A DNA stretch of 36,659 nt from Jimgerdemannia flammicorona (taxonomy: Eukaryota). The DNA is taken from assembly GCA_003990765.1 (NCBI GenBank), contig RBNJ01000208.1, forward strand, positions 1 through 36,659, read 5' to 3'. Position numbers and translations under genes: made by a program. Below are positions 1-12,092 of this stretch, piece after piece. How positions within the stretch are numbered: position 1 is the first letter of the stretch; every line of letters begins with the position of its first letter. A model generated the notes under the pieces. It saw nothing but the letters and a program-made list of their open reading frames with translations, ran no database searches and was not told where the DNA came from.

Positions 1-74
1 CAGACAATGCATAATACGGAGTGGACCATTCGGATAATGTGGTTAAAGCGGATAATATGAAAATAGTAGTCTGC

Positions 75-114
<40 letters not shown>

Positions 115-540
115 TTTTTTTTTTTTTTTTTTTTTTTTTTAAGTAATATTTCGTCAGTCTTGTCTTGTCTATTCGGCTGGACAAACACTATGTCCTCTCG
201 TCTCCTATATTATCATTTCGTCCCGAGCTCTACAACAGCATCGGCAGCAAGACGACAAATGGCATACACAAAGCTTTTAAGCGGAACGAGACTTTTGTTA
301 TGCCGAATATCCATGGTATGTTGAAATTATTGTTTATCTGGTTGAATACCAATCAGGTTGGGCAAGACAGCAAGGAAATAGTCGCAACGTAAAAAACAGC
401 AAAAATCTGAATAAAAGGGCCGCATGGAACGTCGGATGCAGCCGGAACTCATTGGTTCACCCGCCATTATATTCCTCAACATGCTACACCTACCATATAA
501 CGCGATCACGACCCTCCAAACTTCATAGTGAGAAGGTTAT

Positions 541-697
541 TATGACGCAACCACAGATTCAATCCAATGAAGCCAAGCCACATGCCTGGATCGTCATCCT
601 CTTGGTCACAGAGACTATGCCTATTTGCAAAATACCCTATGAAGACCTCAAAAAGGTCGGTGTAATTGGCCGTGGTAACTATGGCACGGTGTAAAAG
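541..697 (+). pseudogene. Protein kinase fragment (subdomain I glycine-rich loop) with an in-frame stop
   Basis: Reads KIPYEDLKKVGVIGRGNYGTV*K, a GxGxxGxV loop. TAA at 692-694 sits where Tyr is expected, and a GTTAGT splice donor follows at 698. No downstream kinase exons were recognised. Confidence 0.6.
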
Positions 698-1179
698 GTT
701 AGTGAATCAGCATTTGTTGCATTCATCCTACATTGGGCATATTTTCCGGTTAAATGATATCACGAAGTAAATCATATTAATGTCATACCAATCCAAGTCA
801 AGTAAGACGTCATGTAAGCCCCGTTGTCACGTAGGCACTTACGCCTCTTCCCCCAACCCCTTTCTCTAGAAAAGTCGGGCCCTTCATTCGTTTTATCTCC
901 GACGAGGAATTCAACATAATTCGTACCAACTTACTGTTTCTCCATTCCTGCCCCCACCATCCTTGCTATGGTACAACTACGCCCGCTTTCTGCCGAAAAT
1001 AGCATACAATGACCAAGCCGCCTTCGACGCCGAACACGCCACCAACCGGTCACTCCCGTCGTCGGAAACCGTGTCCATCCTAGCCCCTGATCTTACGAGG
1101 CGGACACATATGTTTGTTTTTAATGCAAACAACAACATGACATTGTTTTGGAATACTCCTTTATCCACCACCGGCCCAG

Positions 1180-1400
1180 AATTAACATGTCCGATGCCCG
1201 AGGCAACCCACCCAACACGGATCACCAACACAGCTGGTTATTCGAAGCGGTCACGTGGATCAACTACTCTTGCGACGCCAACTGCCTTGTCTCCCTGGGA
1301 GAGGTGAAAACGAGACGGGCCTCCTACAGGGACCTGGCGAAAACGTTCGTCAAGAGAAGCTGCATACCACGTATGGGTTCATGTGTGCGTGCTCGTCATG
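1180..1400 (+). pseudogene. Degenerate SET-domain protein fragment
   Basis: WLFEAVTWINYSCDANC (core 1259-1285) resembles the SET motif xLFxxxSxINHSCxPNC. It is followed by GEVKTRRASYRDL (cf. GEEITISY) and a Cys-containing tail. Spacing is shortened and the conserved His is replaced by Tyr. Confidence 0.45.
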
Positions 1401-1804
1401 CAGGGTTGAGAAAGGAGAAGGAAGGAAATAAGGGAGGAATGAAGCTCGGTAAAGCCTCAAGTAGCCACATGGTCATTGGGAGATAGGGGTGGATGCGGGG
1501 ATGGTGACGTTGGAAGTTTGAGTGGGTTTTAGCGAATATGGGGGTATAATAAATAGTTGGGTCATCAGAACAACCCTTAATTTTAAATGCGAACACGATG
1601 AGCCGAGCGGAGAGCATATCTAATTATCCCCAATGTCCATACAAATGACAGAATCAAATTCGTGATTCATATATACATATGTATTTCCCATTCTTTGTCG
1701 ACAGAAATAACAGGGCGTATGGAAATTATTTTGGTGAGGATAACAACGGATGAAGTTATTTCCCATATGGCGAAAAATTAATCTAGCGCCGATGTGTCTC
1801 ACCC

Positions 1805-1835
<31 letters not shown>

Positions 1836-2560
1836 CCAACACAACTCCATTCCGCGACGAGGATAGCAAAATATCTTTGCAAAATTTGCAGACGACAAAT
1901 TTCCGGTTCTAAATCGCGACTGATTGCACAAAATCAAGTTTATAGCGTTGATCCACGGATTGATTTTTCTCTAAGGATCGCACGTGCTAGACTTTGAACA
2001 CGTCGTGCGCAACGGTGAAATCCCGATTTCGTATCAAATTCGATCAGGGGGGAGGGGGGGGGGGGGGTTCTTTTGTAACCTTCAATACAACAATCACTTT
2101 TCCGATGCCTACAAAATAGCAAGGAAGAAGGTAACCAACAAAGCGAAAGAGGTTTGGTGCGCGAGTCGACGGAATGTTTCATTCGTCAATGAATTTAAGC
2201 GAGGCGTCTCTATTCACAGGTGAATATATCGCTGTGTATCTCCCTCCAAGGACAAAACAAATTTTGTCTGACGGATCTGCATATTTGTCTTTCTGAGCAG
2301 AATCGCTTTTTCTTGGGAGTCGACCAAGACTATCAATGTCGTTTTCTTCAAGTAAAAATTACACCTAACCAGTTCCCACAAACACAAGATGCTTACGATT
2401 CAAAATTATATTATTGAAATTTGTTTCCGAGATAGGTGACAGCGATCGGCGAGAGCACATCGCGTTTTGGTGCCCGTTCAAGGCGATTAAGAAAAAGAAT
2501 TAAAATAATAACGAATTCAAGGTTTTTTTTTCTAATGTGAAGAATAAGTACAATAGAGAT

Positions 2561-3574
2561 CTAGTAGGAGGTGGTGAAGATGGGGCTGGTAGAGGTGGTG
2601 TAGATGGGGCCGGTGGAGGTGCTGGAGGGGGGAATGATGGAGGAGGAGGAACTAGTAGTAGGGGGCACACCAGCGCCAAGCTGGCAGCCTTGGATGGCGG
2701 CGTTCCAGTTCTGCTGGATGAGGTACTTGACGCCGTTGATGTCGATGTTGTACTTGGCGCCGTTATGCAAGGTGTTCACGGTACCATAGACGTAGGCGCA
2801 CTTGTCAGCGTTCTCGTTACCGGTGGCATCGGTCCAGCCGGAGGCTGGGTCGGGGTCGGAGATAGCCTCCATCATCTCGTGGGTGATGACAGAGCCCATG
2901 CCGTCAACACCAGGGCTATCGTTGGGGGAGTTTTTGATATTGTCGGGAGCACAGGCGGAAAGGCAGTTGGAAAGATCACCAACGAGGGCGAACTTTATGT
3001 CCTTCGACCCCAACTTGAAGTTGTTGTGGTAACCACAGTATTGTTTGCAGAGACCAGAGGTCACGTCAACATCGGGCGATGTGAGGAGGAAGTAAATGCC
3101 GTTCTCGTCGGTGACGAGGTCGCCAGAGTTGAGGTGCGCGGTAACAACATCAATGACATCTTGATCGGAGAGGGACTTTCCCTTGGAGTATTGGGCGTCA
3201 TCAATCGATTTGATGAAGTTGACCGGGCCAGTAACGTACTCCTTTTCCTTGCCAGCAAGCTGCTGGTAATAGGTCTTCTCAATGTCGAAGTAAGAGGTTT
3301 CGCCGATGTGGCTGGAAAGATTCTCCAAGATTTGCCTATCGGAGGTCTTATTCCATTGACCGTAGTAGATGTAGTAGATGTTGACGGTGCCCACCAGGAG
3401 GGGCCCACCATTGTACTTGATATTACCAGCGATGGGGGCGTGGGTGTGGAGGTTAGGCTTGAAAATCGCTGTGATCTTCTTGGAGCCAATATTAGGGGGA
3501 ACGCTGGGAGCAGCAAAAGCGGAGGCGGCGAGGAAACCCAGGAGGGCAGAAGCGACGAGGACGAGCCTGACCAT
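2561..3574 (-). CDS. Secreted PHI-1/EXORDIUM-like protein (phosphate-induced protein 1 family) with a Ser/Thr-rich tail
   Basis: Intact, intronless 337-aa ORF from ATG to TAG with a hydrophobic N-terminal signal peptide. Family-typical motifs: YNGGPLL, NIYYIYYGQW, IYFLLTSPDV, CxxYCGYH, SPNDSPGVDGMGSVITHEMMEAISDP, ENADKC, YLIQQNW. Strong C/G-ending codon bias. Confidence 0.88.
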   Translation of the reverse strand: MVRLVLVASALLGFLAASAFAAPSVPPNIGSKKITAIFKPNLHTHAPIAGNIKYNGGPLLVGTVNIYYIYYGQWNKTSDRQILENLSSHIGETSYFDIEKTYYQQLAGKEKEYVTGPVNFIKSIDDAQYSKGKSLSDQDVIDVVTAHLNSGDLVTDENGIYFLLTSPDVDVTSGLCKQYCGYHNNFKLGSKDIKFALVGDLSNCLSACAPDNIKNSPNDSPGVDGMGSVITHEMMEAISDPDPASGWTDATGNENADKCAYVYGTVNTLHNGAKYNIDINGVKYLIQQNWNAAIQGCQLGAGVPPTTSSSSSIIPPSSTSTGPIYTTSTSPIFTTSY

Positions 3575-3676
3575 TTTCGTTAGCGCGAGATTGAGTGTGT
3601 GAGTGGTTGGTGTCTTAGACGCGGTAAACCTGTTGCGAGAGTGGATTGAGAATTAAAAACTGGCTCTGTGGGTCCG

Positions 3677-3684
3677 TTTATATA
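3677..3684 (-). promoter_or_regulatory. Putative TATA box of the PHI-1/EXO-like gene
   Basis: TATATAAA on the minus strand about 100 bp upstream of the ATG at 3574. Confidence 0.5.
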
Positions 3685-4237
3685 CGTATCTTTTGAAGGA
3701 ACCTGCGCGCATGTACATATAGGCCAAAGTCTGTTCACCAGCCCACCCCGACAAGCCAGCCGCAAAATCCGAAACCATTAACAACAATAAGTGTCGAATT
3801 ATGGCCAAGTTGGGGGCTGAATTTCCTATTTTATCCACTCGGATCTCGTTTACCAACGGGATATCCGTATTGCAATTTTTACAGAGTTTCGCAGGGGTCA
3901 ACGGTTCATTTACCAGGTAATTTCACCGCGTTATAACGCCTTCGGAAATTATTGTTATGCAGATTTGCGGAAGGCACAGTCCGGTAAGGCCGAGACTAAG
4001 GCCGAGTTATTTTGACAGTCCCCCCGATTGGACAATCTGAAACGGAATGCCAAAAAAGGGTGGTTCACTAAAGCGGCCACCGCCACAACGTGGCAGTGCC
4101 AGAATTAAGTCAATTTGCTACTGTAGCTTGCTTGTCACGATCGGGGGTCCTCACGATCGTGGTTGGGAATTAATTATGCATCATGATATCCCGTGTGGAA
4201 AATGAGGCTGCGGAATGGAGAGCGGATGGTTCATGTT

Positions 4238-4538
4238 CACAGTAATAATAATAATCATATCAGCCCATGCACTAGCCCCACACGTCTGCCCGAACACAAG
4301 TCTGTACCACCCGTCTGTACATCAGCCTATACACCAGCCCGTTGTCTTATTTACCACAACCATAGACCACATTACTACCCAGCCGAAGTAAACGTTGAAA
4401 ATAAATCCATTTCGGCTATAATTGTAACCTAATAAGGCAGAGGCTGAAGCATGAACTGGTATATGGGCTGGTGTATACGAAAATCACACGGGACATGTGG
4501 CTGATCTGGATATATCTGATACAATTTGCAATCACTAT
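4238..4538. mobile_element. Possible MITE-like foldback element
   Basis: Internal inverted match TATACACCAGCCC (~4328) / GGGCTGGTGTATA (~4465), and imperfect inverted ends (ATCAGCC / GGCTGAT). No clear TSD. Confidence 0.3.
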
Positions 4539-4764
4539 CTAGAGCAAAGGCACGTTTCTAGATACCAGGTGTGATGGCCAGGAACAGGCTCTGGATGTAT
4601 CTAGAATTGCTTTGGCATACGTTCTAGTGTGTTCCTGTATTATTCTAATACCATTCAATAAAATTAAAATTATATTTTTTATTATTAAACAATCCTGGCA
4701 AGGTTTTGAGGGTAAAATAAGACTATAACTAAAGCTACATGAGTTGAAAGATTTATAACGGATG

Positions 4765-6000
4765 ACGGACGATGAGTGATGAACGCAGAACGACGATGGT
4801 AATGAACAACGACTAATCCCGGGACATAGGACAATGATAAATGACGACAGAGAGTAGAGCAGCGATGAACGACGGCCAAGCACAGAATGATGATGAACGA
4901 CTACCAGGCTCAGAGCAGAACGGCAATGAACGACGACTAAGCGCAAAAGGCAATGAACGACAACTAAGCACAGAACGGCGATGAACGACGACTAAGCACA
5001 GAACGGCAATGAACGGCAATAAAGCGCAGAATGGCGACTAAGCACAGTGTAGAACGGCAATAAAGCGCAGAATGGCGACTAGGCACAGCGTAGAATGGCA
5101 ATGAACGACGACTAAGCACAGAACGGTGACGAACGACGACTAAGCACAGAACGGCAATGAACGGCAATAAAGCACAGAATGACGACTAATTACAGCGTAG
5201 AACGTCAATGAACGACGACTAAGTGCAGAACGGCGATGAATGACGACGACTAAGCGCAGAACAATGACAACGACTAAGCGCAAAATGGCAATGAATGATG
5301 AAAAAGCACAGAACGATCTAGCCCAGAGCAGTGATGAATGATGGCGACTAAGCACAGAACGACAAAGCCCAGAACAATGATGAATGACAACGATGACGAC
5401 GATCGGAACACCGAACGGCGAAGCCCAGAACGACGACGGCTAAGCCCTAAATGACGGTGAATGGCGACCAAGCGTGAACGACACTAAACCCAGAACAGCG
5501 ATGCCCGAATAGCACAGAATGATGATGACTAAACCCAATGAACGACGACTAGGCGCAGAACGGCAATGACCGACGACTATGCGCGGAACGGCGATGAACG
5601 ACGACTAGGCGCAGAACGGCAATGACCGACGACTATGCGCGGAACGGCGATGAATGACGACTAGGCGCAGAACGGTAATGAATGACAACTAATCACCGAA
5701 CGGTGATGAACGACTAAACACCGAAAGGCAATGAACAACTAAGTACTGAAAGTCGATGAACGACTAAGCCCAGAGAGATGATGAACGATGATGACGACTA
5801 AGTGAAGAGCAATGACGTCGACTAAGCGCAGAATAGCAATGAACGACGACCAAGAACAGAATGACAATGAACGACGACTAAACCCAGAGCAGCGATAAAC
5901 GACGGCTATGCTCAGAGTAGCGTAGAGTAATGACGACTAAGCCCAGAGCAGTGTAGAATGATGACGACTAAGTGCAGAAGGACAAAGAACGATGACTTAG
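4765..6000. repeat. 28-bp minisatellite array (consensus ~ACTAAGCACAGAACGGCRATGAACGACG)
   Basis: Tens of degenerate tandem copies. A near-perfect 56-bp dimer repeats around 5545-5680. Confidence 0.92.
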
Positions 6001-6049
6001 CACTGCTTTTAGCAACTGCGAAATATTTTTAGAATGGCCTAAGATCAAA

Positions 6050-7148
6050 CCACAGCGAAATATTTCCTAAATGAACTCCCAAGATGCGTAGACACAACGA
6101 CTGCGAAATGCTAGTGGTTTTCACAGAGCGATTACGGCAGGGTGTCTTGTGGCAGTGGGTGGTAGTTTGTCGTTACAGCAGGGTGCAGAGTGTGAACTTG
6201 GGCAAGGGAGGCAATCTCGGTTCCGGAGGGAAGGAAAGAGTAGTGTGGAGTGCCAAGACCCAGGAATATGCTTCAAAATTGGCGCGACCCAAATCTAAGT
6301 GTTGTGGAACGACGATTTGGAACAAATGGTTCAACGCAAGCTGAGATCACTTATACACATCGAGGAGGGGCCGAGGGGGCTACACACTGATTTACGTGGG
6401 ATCCCCATATATTCAGTTATGTTCGGGTAGGGGAATTTCATAAATAAATGCATTTAGATAGGGTAATAAAAACTCAGTTTGGAAACATCGAATAAGTAGG
6501 TGTGCATTCCTAAGGCCCTGACGTATTCCAGATTCGGTGCACGATAGGTCTCTTTTCAGGCCACCCCCCGAGGTTCTAAGACGCTGCACTTAGCGAATTT
6601 CTTAGAAAATACATCACCCTAGACCCAATAATTTCAAATTGCACACCGCCTTTTTATTGTCATGAAATCTCACTAAAGAAATGTCGCGTGGCCACGCATG
6701 TCACATGACATTTTTGGAAAATGCCGTACATCAGGATATACCAATACTATACACATTTTATTCAAGATATCTGCTTGTATCAGAGCCCAATTTTCCAGTC
6801 ACCAGATACCAGATACACAGAGATACAATGGGAGCAAATACGCCCAGAGCAGATCCCAACATCATGTGGCGGCCAAAATTTCTAGGTATTTGCTGAGTTG
6901 GTGGACGCTTTAGTGAAACCCCAAAAAGGGTTATCGCCCACATGTGTCAGTAATAATTATATTTCCGAGATCCTAATTTCATCGACGTGGCTCACCAGGC
7001 CTGTTTTCGGATAGCTCAATCATCATAAAATCCTGGTACCGTGAATTGAGTACCCGTGTACGCCAAGTATTATGTGACGTGGTTTATGACGCCAATCCTG
7101 CCCATGTGGATCACGGATCCACCAAATGGTTGGCCTCATGTGTTGACA
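6050..7148. mobile_element. LTR-like non-coding segment ending TGTTGACA (left end uncertain)
   Basis: The right end ...TGACA abuts the point where the LINE RT is cut off. It has no convincing ORF and retains CpG, unlike the adjacent LINE. Confidence 0.3.
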
Positions 7149-7154
7149 ATAATA

Positions 7155-10100
7155 TAAAATAATTTATGCATAGCTAGTCCAAAACCTGTTGAGCTACCCC
7201 CTGTAGCCTATCTAGTAGGATCTTTGTGACCAGTTTGTGATCCATATCTAAAAGCATAATTGGTCTTCAGTTCTTCCACTCCTCCCTTCTCTTCTTATTC
7301 TTATACAGCAGAGCCATAAGACCCAAGCTCTGTCTCCCAATCCATGCTTCTGAGTCTATCACTTTATCACACATTACCACTATTTCCTCCAGAATCATCT
7401 TGACTCCTGTCATTTCCTTCCAAAAATCCCACTGTAAGCCATTCTCTCCTAGTGCTGTCCTAGAGCTTGTCATCATCAGAACCTACTGAATCTTCCCCTT
7501 AGACAGCAGTACCAAGGTCATCTAAGCCCACTGCCAGATCAGAGTGCCATTCCTCCAAGTATATATCTATCAATGTCCAGTACCCTCACTCCTCTATCCT
7601 CCTTGCTCTAATAGTGATCTCACCACCTGCTCAGCTGATCCAGAATCTCTAGTACCCCAACAACCAACTCCCCAGCCTCATCCAAAACCCCCCCCAACTG
7701 CTGCTGTATTCTCCTTGCCTGCAGAAGCTATGACAAAAACTTGGTCAGCCTTTCCCTCTCCTCTAATCTCTACCATAGCAGCTAGGCCACTATGCCCTTA
7801 ATCTGAAGATCCTCCTCTTATCTCAGTATATCCTTTAGCTCCTCTACCTTTAGCCTGATCCACTGTATTTGCTAATCTCCTTCCTCACTATCCTTCAGCA
7901 GACCTGTCCAAGTTGCCAACAACCCTATCAATCTCAGAGAGGTCCACCTTACTTGCTTCTTTCTCTGAGCCCCCTGGATTCTTCCTGCCTCCCCCCAGTA
8001 CTTTTGTACCTCAGATTTCAATCTTATCCAGTGATCCCCAATCCCCAGCCCCTCTGCTCACCAACCAAGAATCCTAGAGCTAATATACACCATCCATATC
8101 TCTCATAGGGAGGTCTCTCCTAGTAAGGAGATATTTAGTTACCAATTTCTAGGCCCCTCCCCACTTCCCCCAAAGCACCCCCCTCAAGAAGACCCCTGTG
8201 ATCTGATTATAGATACTAAATAGTTTCTAAAGTTCTTCAGAAATCAACACCCCAGCAATCAGCAGTCAACATCCAGTCAATCCTTGAGCTCAGCCCTACT
8301 ACCTAGTGGGTAAAAACCCTATGATCCTTCCATCTAAGTCTCCTGGTATCTACTAAAGAGCCCAGACATTTGACTTTCTCTCAGGCTTCTATACCACTGC
8401 TCTTACCTACTATCTCTCTTCCTCCATTAATTCTGTCTATCTTTTCATCATACACTATGTTAAAGTTCCCTTCTAGACAATCAATACCTGCCTCCACCAA
8501 TGCTCTAGATTCTCATAGCCCTCAAATCCATTCTACTCTCTCTCTTCTCTCTGCTGGATAACAATAAGACCCAACTGTCAAGGATCTCTAGCCTGGACTC
8601 TTCCAAACTCCCCACACTACTCTGCTGCCCCAGTATCTAATGTCTGCAATATCCCTCTGCCCTTTCTAACCAGAATGCCCACATACCCTTGCCAAATAGC
8701 CACACTACTCCACTCCTTCATCTAGTCCAGAATATCCAAGTCTCTATTATACCCAACATCCTGCAGTAGGAACAGATCTGCTTCTGTCCCTTTCAGCCAT
8801 CCAAAGATATTTTGATATCTCACTGCTCCCCATAGCCCATTGACATAAAGATAATATTCTAGTTGTACTGTTTATATTGAATAATATTATTTGAAGAACA
8901 GCTGTCTACTCTATAATTCCATACTTGCCACATCACTAGCAATATCAAGGTTCCTCTCAGCCTCCAGTTTATATATCTCTCCTTACTAAGCCTTCAGTGC
9001 CTTCAAGATCTCCTGACAATCTGCACTATCTACAGTCTCTATCTCTGTTCGGTACTCCTCACACACCACCTGTCACTTTGCCAGCCCTTTTCTCAGACCC
9101 TATATATATATAGCCCTGTTATTCACAATTGCCAGAAGTGCCACCTCTCTGTCATCATCTATCTGATATGTCTCAGCCTCCAGCAATACTACTATTATCT
9201 CATCTCAGAGTTTTCTTGACAACTTCTCACTATGCAGAATTTCACCACAGTGCCTCTTGCTCAGTACCTGGAAGTCCTCTCCCCTCAGCTCCTCAGCTGC
9301 CATATTCTTAAGCATTTTCTACAGCTATTTCTCCTTGACCTTGGTCCCTGTCACTCCTTGGACCACTCTCTTCTCTCCTTCCATCTGCCCACTCTCTGCA
9401 TTCCTTTTTACCAACTCATCCCAATCCTCCTCCAGCATATCTAGCAGTTTGTCATCTCCTATAGTCCTACCTGGTACCCTATACTGAGGGCTCTCCCTCT
9501 CTGCCATCTTCACATCCTCCACCATGATGCTCTGCCCTGTATCTTTCCCCACTCCTAGAGCTCCCTCTGATGTCACTCCCTTCTCTCCTGCCCAGATACT
9601 TGTCCTCAATCTAGCTTCATCAGTGGTGGTCCCCCCAGCTGCTCCCTCTCTCAACTTAGCCAATAGATTCTTCTGAATGCACCTCCCCTGCACTCTCTCC
9701 CTAGCTGTCTGGTCCAGCCACACCTTCTTGCCATTCATGATCTCTACAATCATTCTGACCTCAAACTTCTTCTATGCCAATCTCTTCCTCTCTATGACTT
9801 CAGTCAGATTCTCCAATATCTCTAGCAAGTCCTCTTCTTCCTTTAGTATTTCTTTTACTCTTGAGACCTTATACTCTACAGATCTCCATTTGAGGACTAC
9901 TGGTTGGTCTCTTGCCTTCTCTATATTCTCCTTGCCTACCAGCTACCCCCTGATGTCCACATCATCAGTTCTGAATTTGGTGCCCTTCTAGACCCAAAAC
10001 TCAATATCTATGATTTCTCTATACTCTTTGATGGCCTCTACAATCCACTTCCTTCAATACTATAGGAATATCCAGCACTGTCAGCTATACCACTCAGAGA

Positions 10101-10800
10101 TCTCAGTACAAGTACTGAGCTATAGAGATTACTACTCCTCCCATCACCACTCCTCCATTACTTCCAACAGAATCTCCTCTTTCTTAAAGCCCACCTTCAC
10201 CTCTTCCAGACCCTTCAAGAAATTCACCAATACTGCTCCCTTTACCTCCTGGATGAGAAGTCCCAGAATCATCCTTGTCATTACTACTAAGCCTTAGAAA
10301 TACAATGTGACAGCAAATTCTAATCTCAATTTCTTGAGTAACAGTACTGCCACTAGGCCCATTACACTATTTATCAGATCTCTGGACCTCATGCCCCCCC
10401 TCTGTCCAGATCTATCATCAGTCATCACATCTGGATTTTTTTTCCAGATTAGCAGTCTTCTTACCATCAGCAGTCTCACTCCTTCCAGCCACTACTCTCT
10501 CTGCTCTGCTGCCCTTGTCACTACAATCTGCTCCACCAGCCCCTATAGTCCTTACTGTCTCCTTGCTCTTCTTCAGCCATCCCTTTAGTCTAGTCATCAG
10601 ATAGCTCTCCTTCACCTTGTCTGCAAAGCTTATTCTCTCAGTCTCCTATCTTCTAGAACTACCTTCTCCCCTTCTATATCCCCCAGCCAGTAAGCCCTAT
10701 ATACTTTTCCCCAAGTTATAACTCTTTCCCACATACTGTCAGTCAAATGCACTAGGACTACCCTGCCCAGCATGCACCTCAGAATACTTGTCAGTTGCTA
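7155..10800 (-). mobile_element. Degenerate L1/Tx1-like non-LTR retrotransposon (ORF1, APE endonuclease, N-terminal RT; 3'-truncated)
   Basis: Minus-strand motifs occur in the correct order: LYVNGL (~8845), ADLFLLQD (~8770), GNFNIVYDEKIDR (=GDFN, ~8460), FTH...SSRIDW (~8290), SDH (~8200), then RT start ALGENG...ALLYKNK...KN*RPIMLLDMDHKLVTKILLDRL (7450-7200). Many stops and essentially no CpG. Confidence 0.88.
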
Positions 10801-11859
10801 TATTGCTAGTATCTTTTCTCCAAAAATGATATCTTGAGTATTGTTAGAAGTTTGTATAACCTGAATATTACCAGAGAAAGGTTGATCCAGGAGCTCTCTG
10901 AGATTCTCATAGTTAGTATTCAGAATTTTCTTAGTAAATATTATTTTGAATAACTTGTATTTAGTAGAAATAGCAGAGGTGTTTTAGATTTCTCACAAGA
11001 TCTTAGATAGGCAGATATCTCAATTAATAATATTGACTTTGACAAGTTCTTTCTTAATAATCTGGTTGATTTATTCTGTCATACTATTGGTTTGAAAGTA
11101 ATATGATATATTTCTTTTTAGGTAGATCTTGTGAATTCATATATAAGTAATAACAAACTTATTAATAAATTCTGTATTATAGTCAGAGATATGTTTTTCT
11201 AGAGATCAATATCTAAGTATAAGGTTATAGAAAATATTAATAATACTCAAGATGTTAGTGATTTCTATTGAAAAAGCTTTAGATCATTTGGATAGATATT
11301 TTATAAATACTAGAATATATTTATTTCTTTATAGTATAACTAGAAGAGATCTAACAATATCTATTCTCTAACTTTTGAAGATATGGATAGGTTGGATAAT
11401 TGATTATAATAATATCTAATAACTTTTCTTTTTTTAGTATCTCTGGCAGGTATAGTACCTTCTAAATATATTCCTAACTTATATTCTGAAATATGGTCAA
11501 TATTAGTATATCTCTTATAGTTTTCTTTTATACTTCTTTATCCTTAATAGACCTTCCAGTGTTCTTATCAGATGAGATCTTTTTGCATCTTAGTAGTTGT
11601 GGAACTTTCTTTAGAGTATAGTTCTAAGACAGATTCTTCTAGTTTATTGAGTCTTGAAGAAAAGAGTATCAATATTATTATAAGTTTTTCCTACTTTATA
11701 GGTAATTGTAATTCTGTAATCTTATAAAATCAGAATCTAGTAGATAAGAATTCTGATAGATTTTATATAATGAAATAGCTATTTAAGAATAGTATGGTCA
11801 GTTATTAGAGTAAATCTTTTTCTGATAAAATAATACTTAAACAGAATAACTGTCCATAT

Positions 11860-12092
11860 CCCTTTAACTGTAGATAGGATCAATTATTTAGCAGACAAAT
11901 TAAGGTTTGAAAAAATGATTATTTGAAATATTGTTTAAATTTTTTTTTTTTTTTTTTTTAAAATTTTTACTAAATGTAGAATTATTATATAACAAATTAT
12001 TGGTAAATTTTTTTTTAAAAGCTCTTATGATTTTAAAGGTTATAAACTTTTAAAATCTTATCTCTAAATATAGATACAAATTAGTCAAAGAG
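11860..12092. mobile_element. ~233-bp MITE with CCCTTTAACT-type termini inserted in the Gypsy RNase H
   Basis: Left end CCCTTTAACT and right end AGTCAAAGAG (inverted, 2 mismatches), flanked by ATAT and ATAA. Removing the insert plus one AT restores the RNase H frame (TVI-WTV = AVIWAV). Confidence 0.7.

Noticed and set aside
2537..3583. 348-aa plus-strand ORF fully antisense to the PHI-1/EXO-like gene
   Set aside because: It is codon-aligned with the real gene and has a non-ATG start. Its Val/Gly/Asp-rich content is what C/G-ending codon bias produces on the antisense strand, and it has no recognisable motifs.
4765..6000. Regular 28-bp repeats (and the 19-bp repeats at 26751) as a CRISPR array
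   Set aside because: The units are contiguous with no unique spacers, there are no cas genes, and the context is eukaryotic.
4418..7153. ATAAT|TGTAAC ... TTGACA|ATAAT, suggesting a 2.7-kb TG..CA element with a 5-bp TSD
   Set aside because: The AT-rich 5-mer can match by chance. The left junction falls inside an inverted-repeat structure (4238-4538), and the LINE does not resume on the left. Kept only as a low-confidence LTR-like feature.
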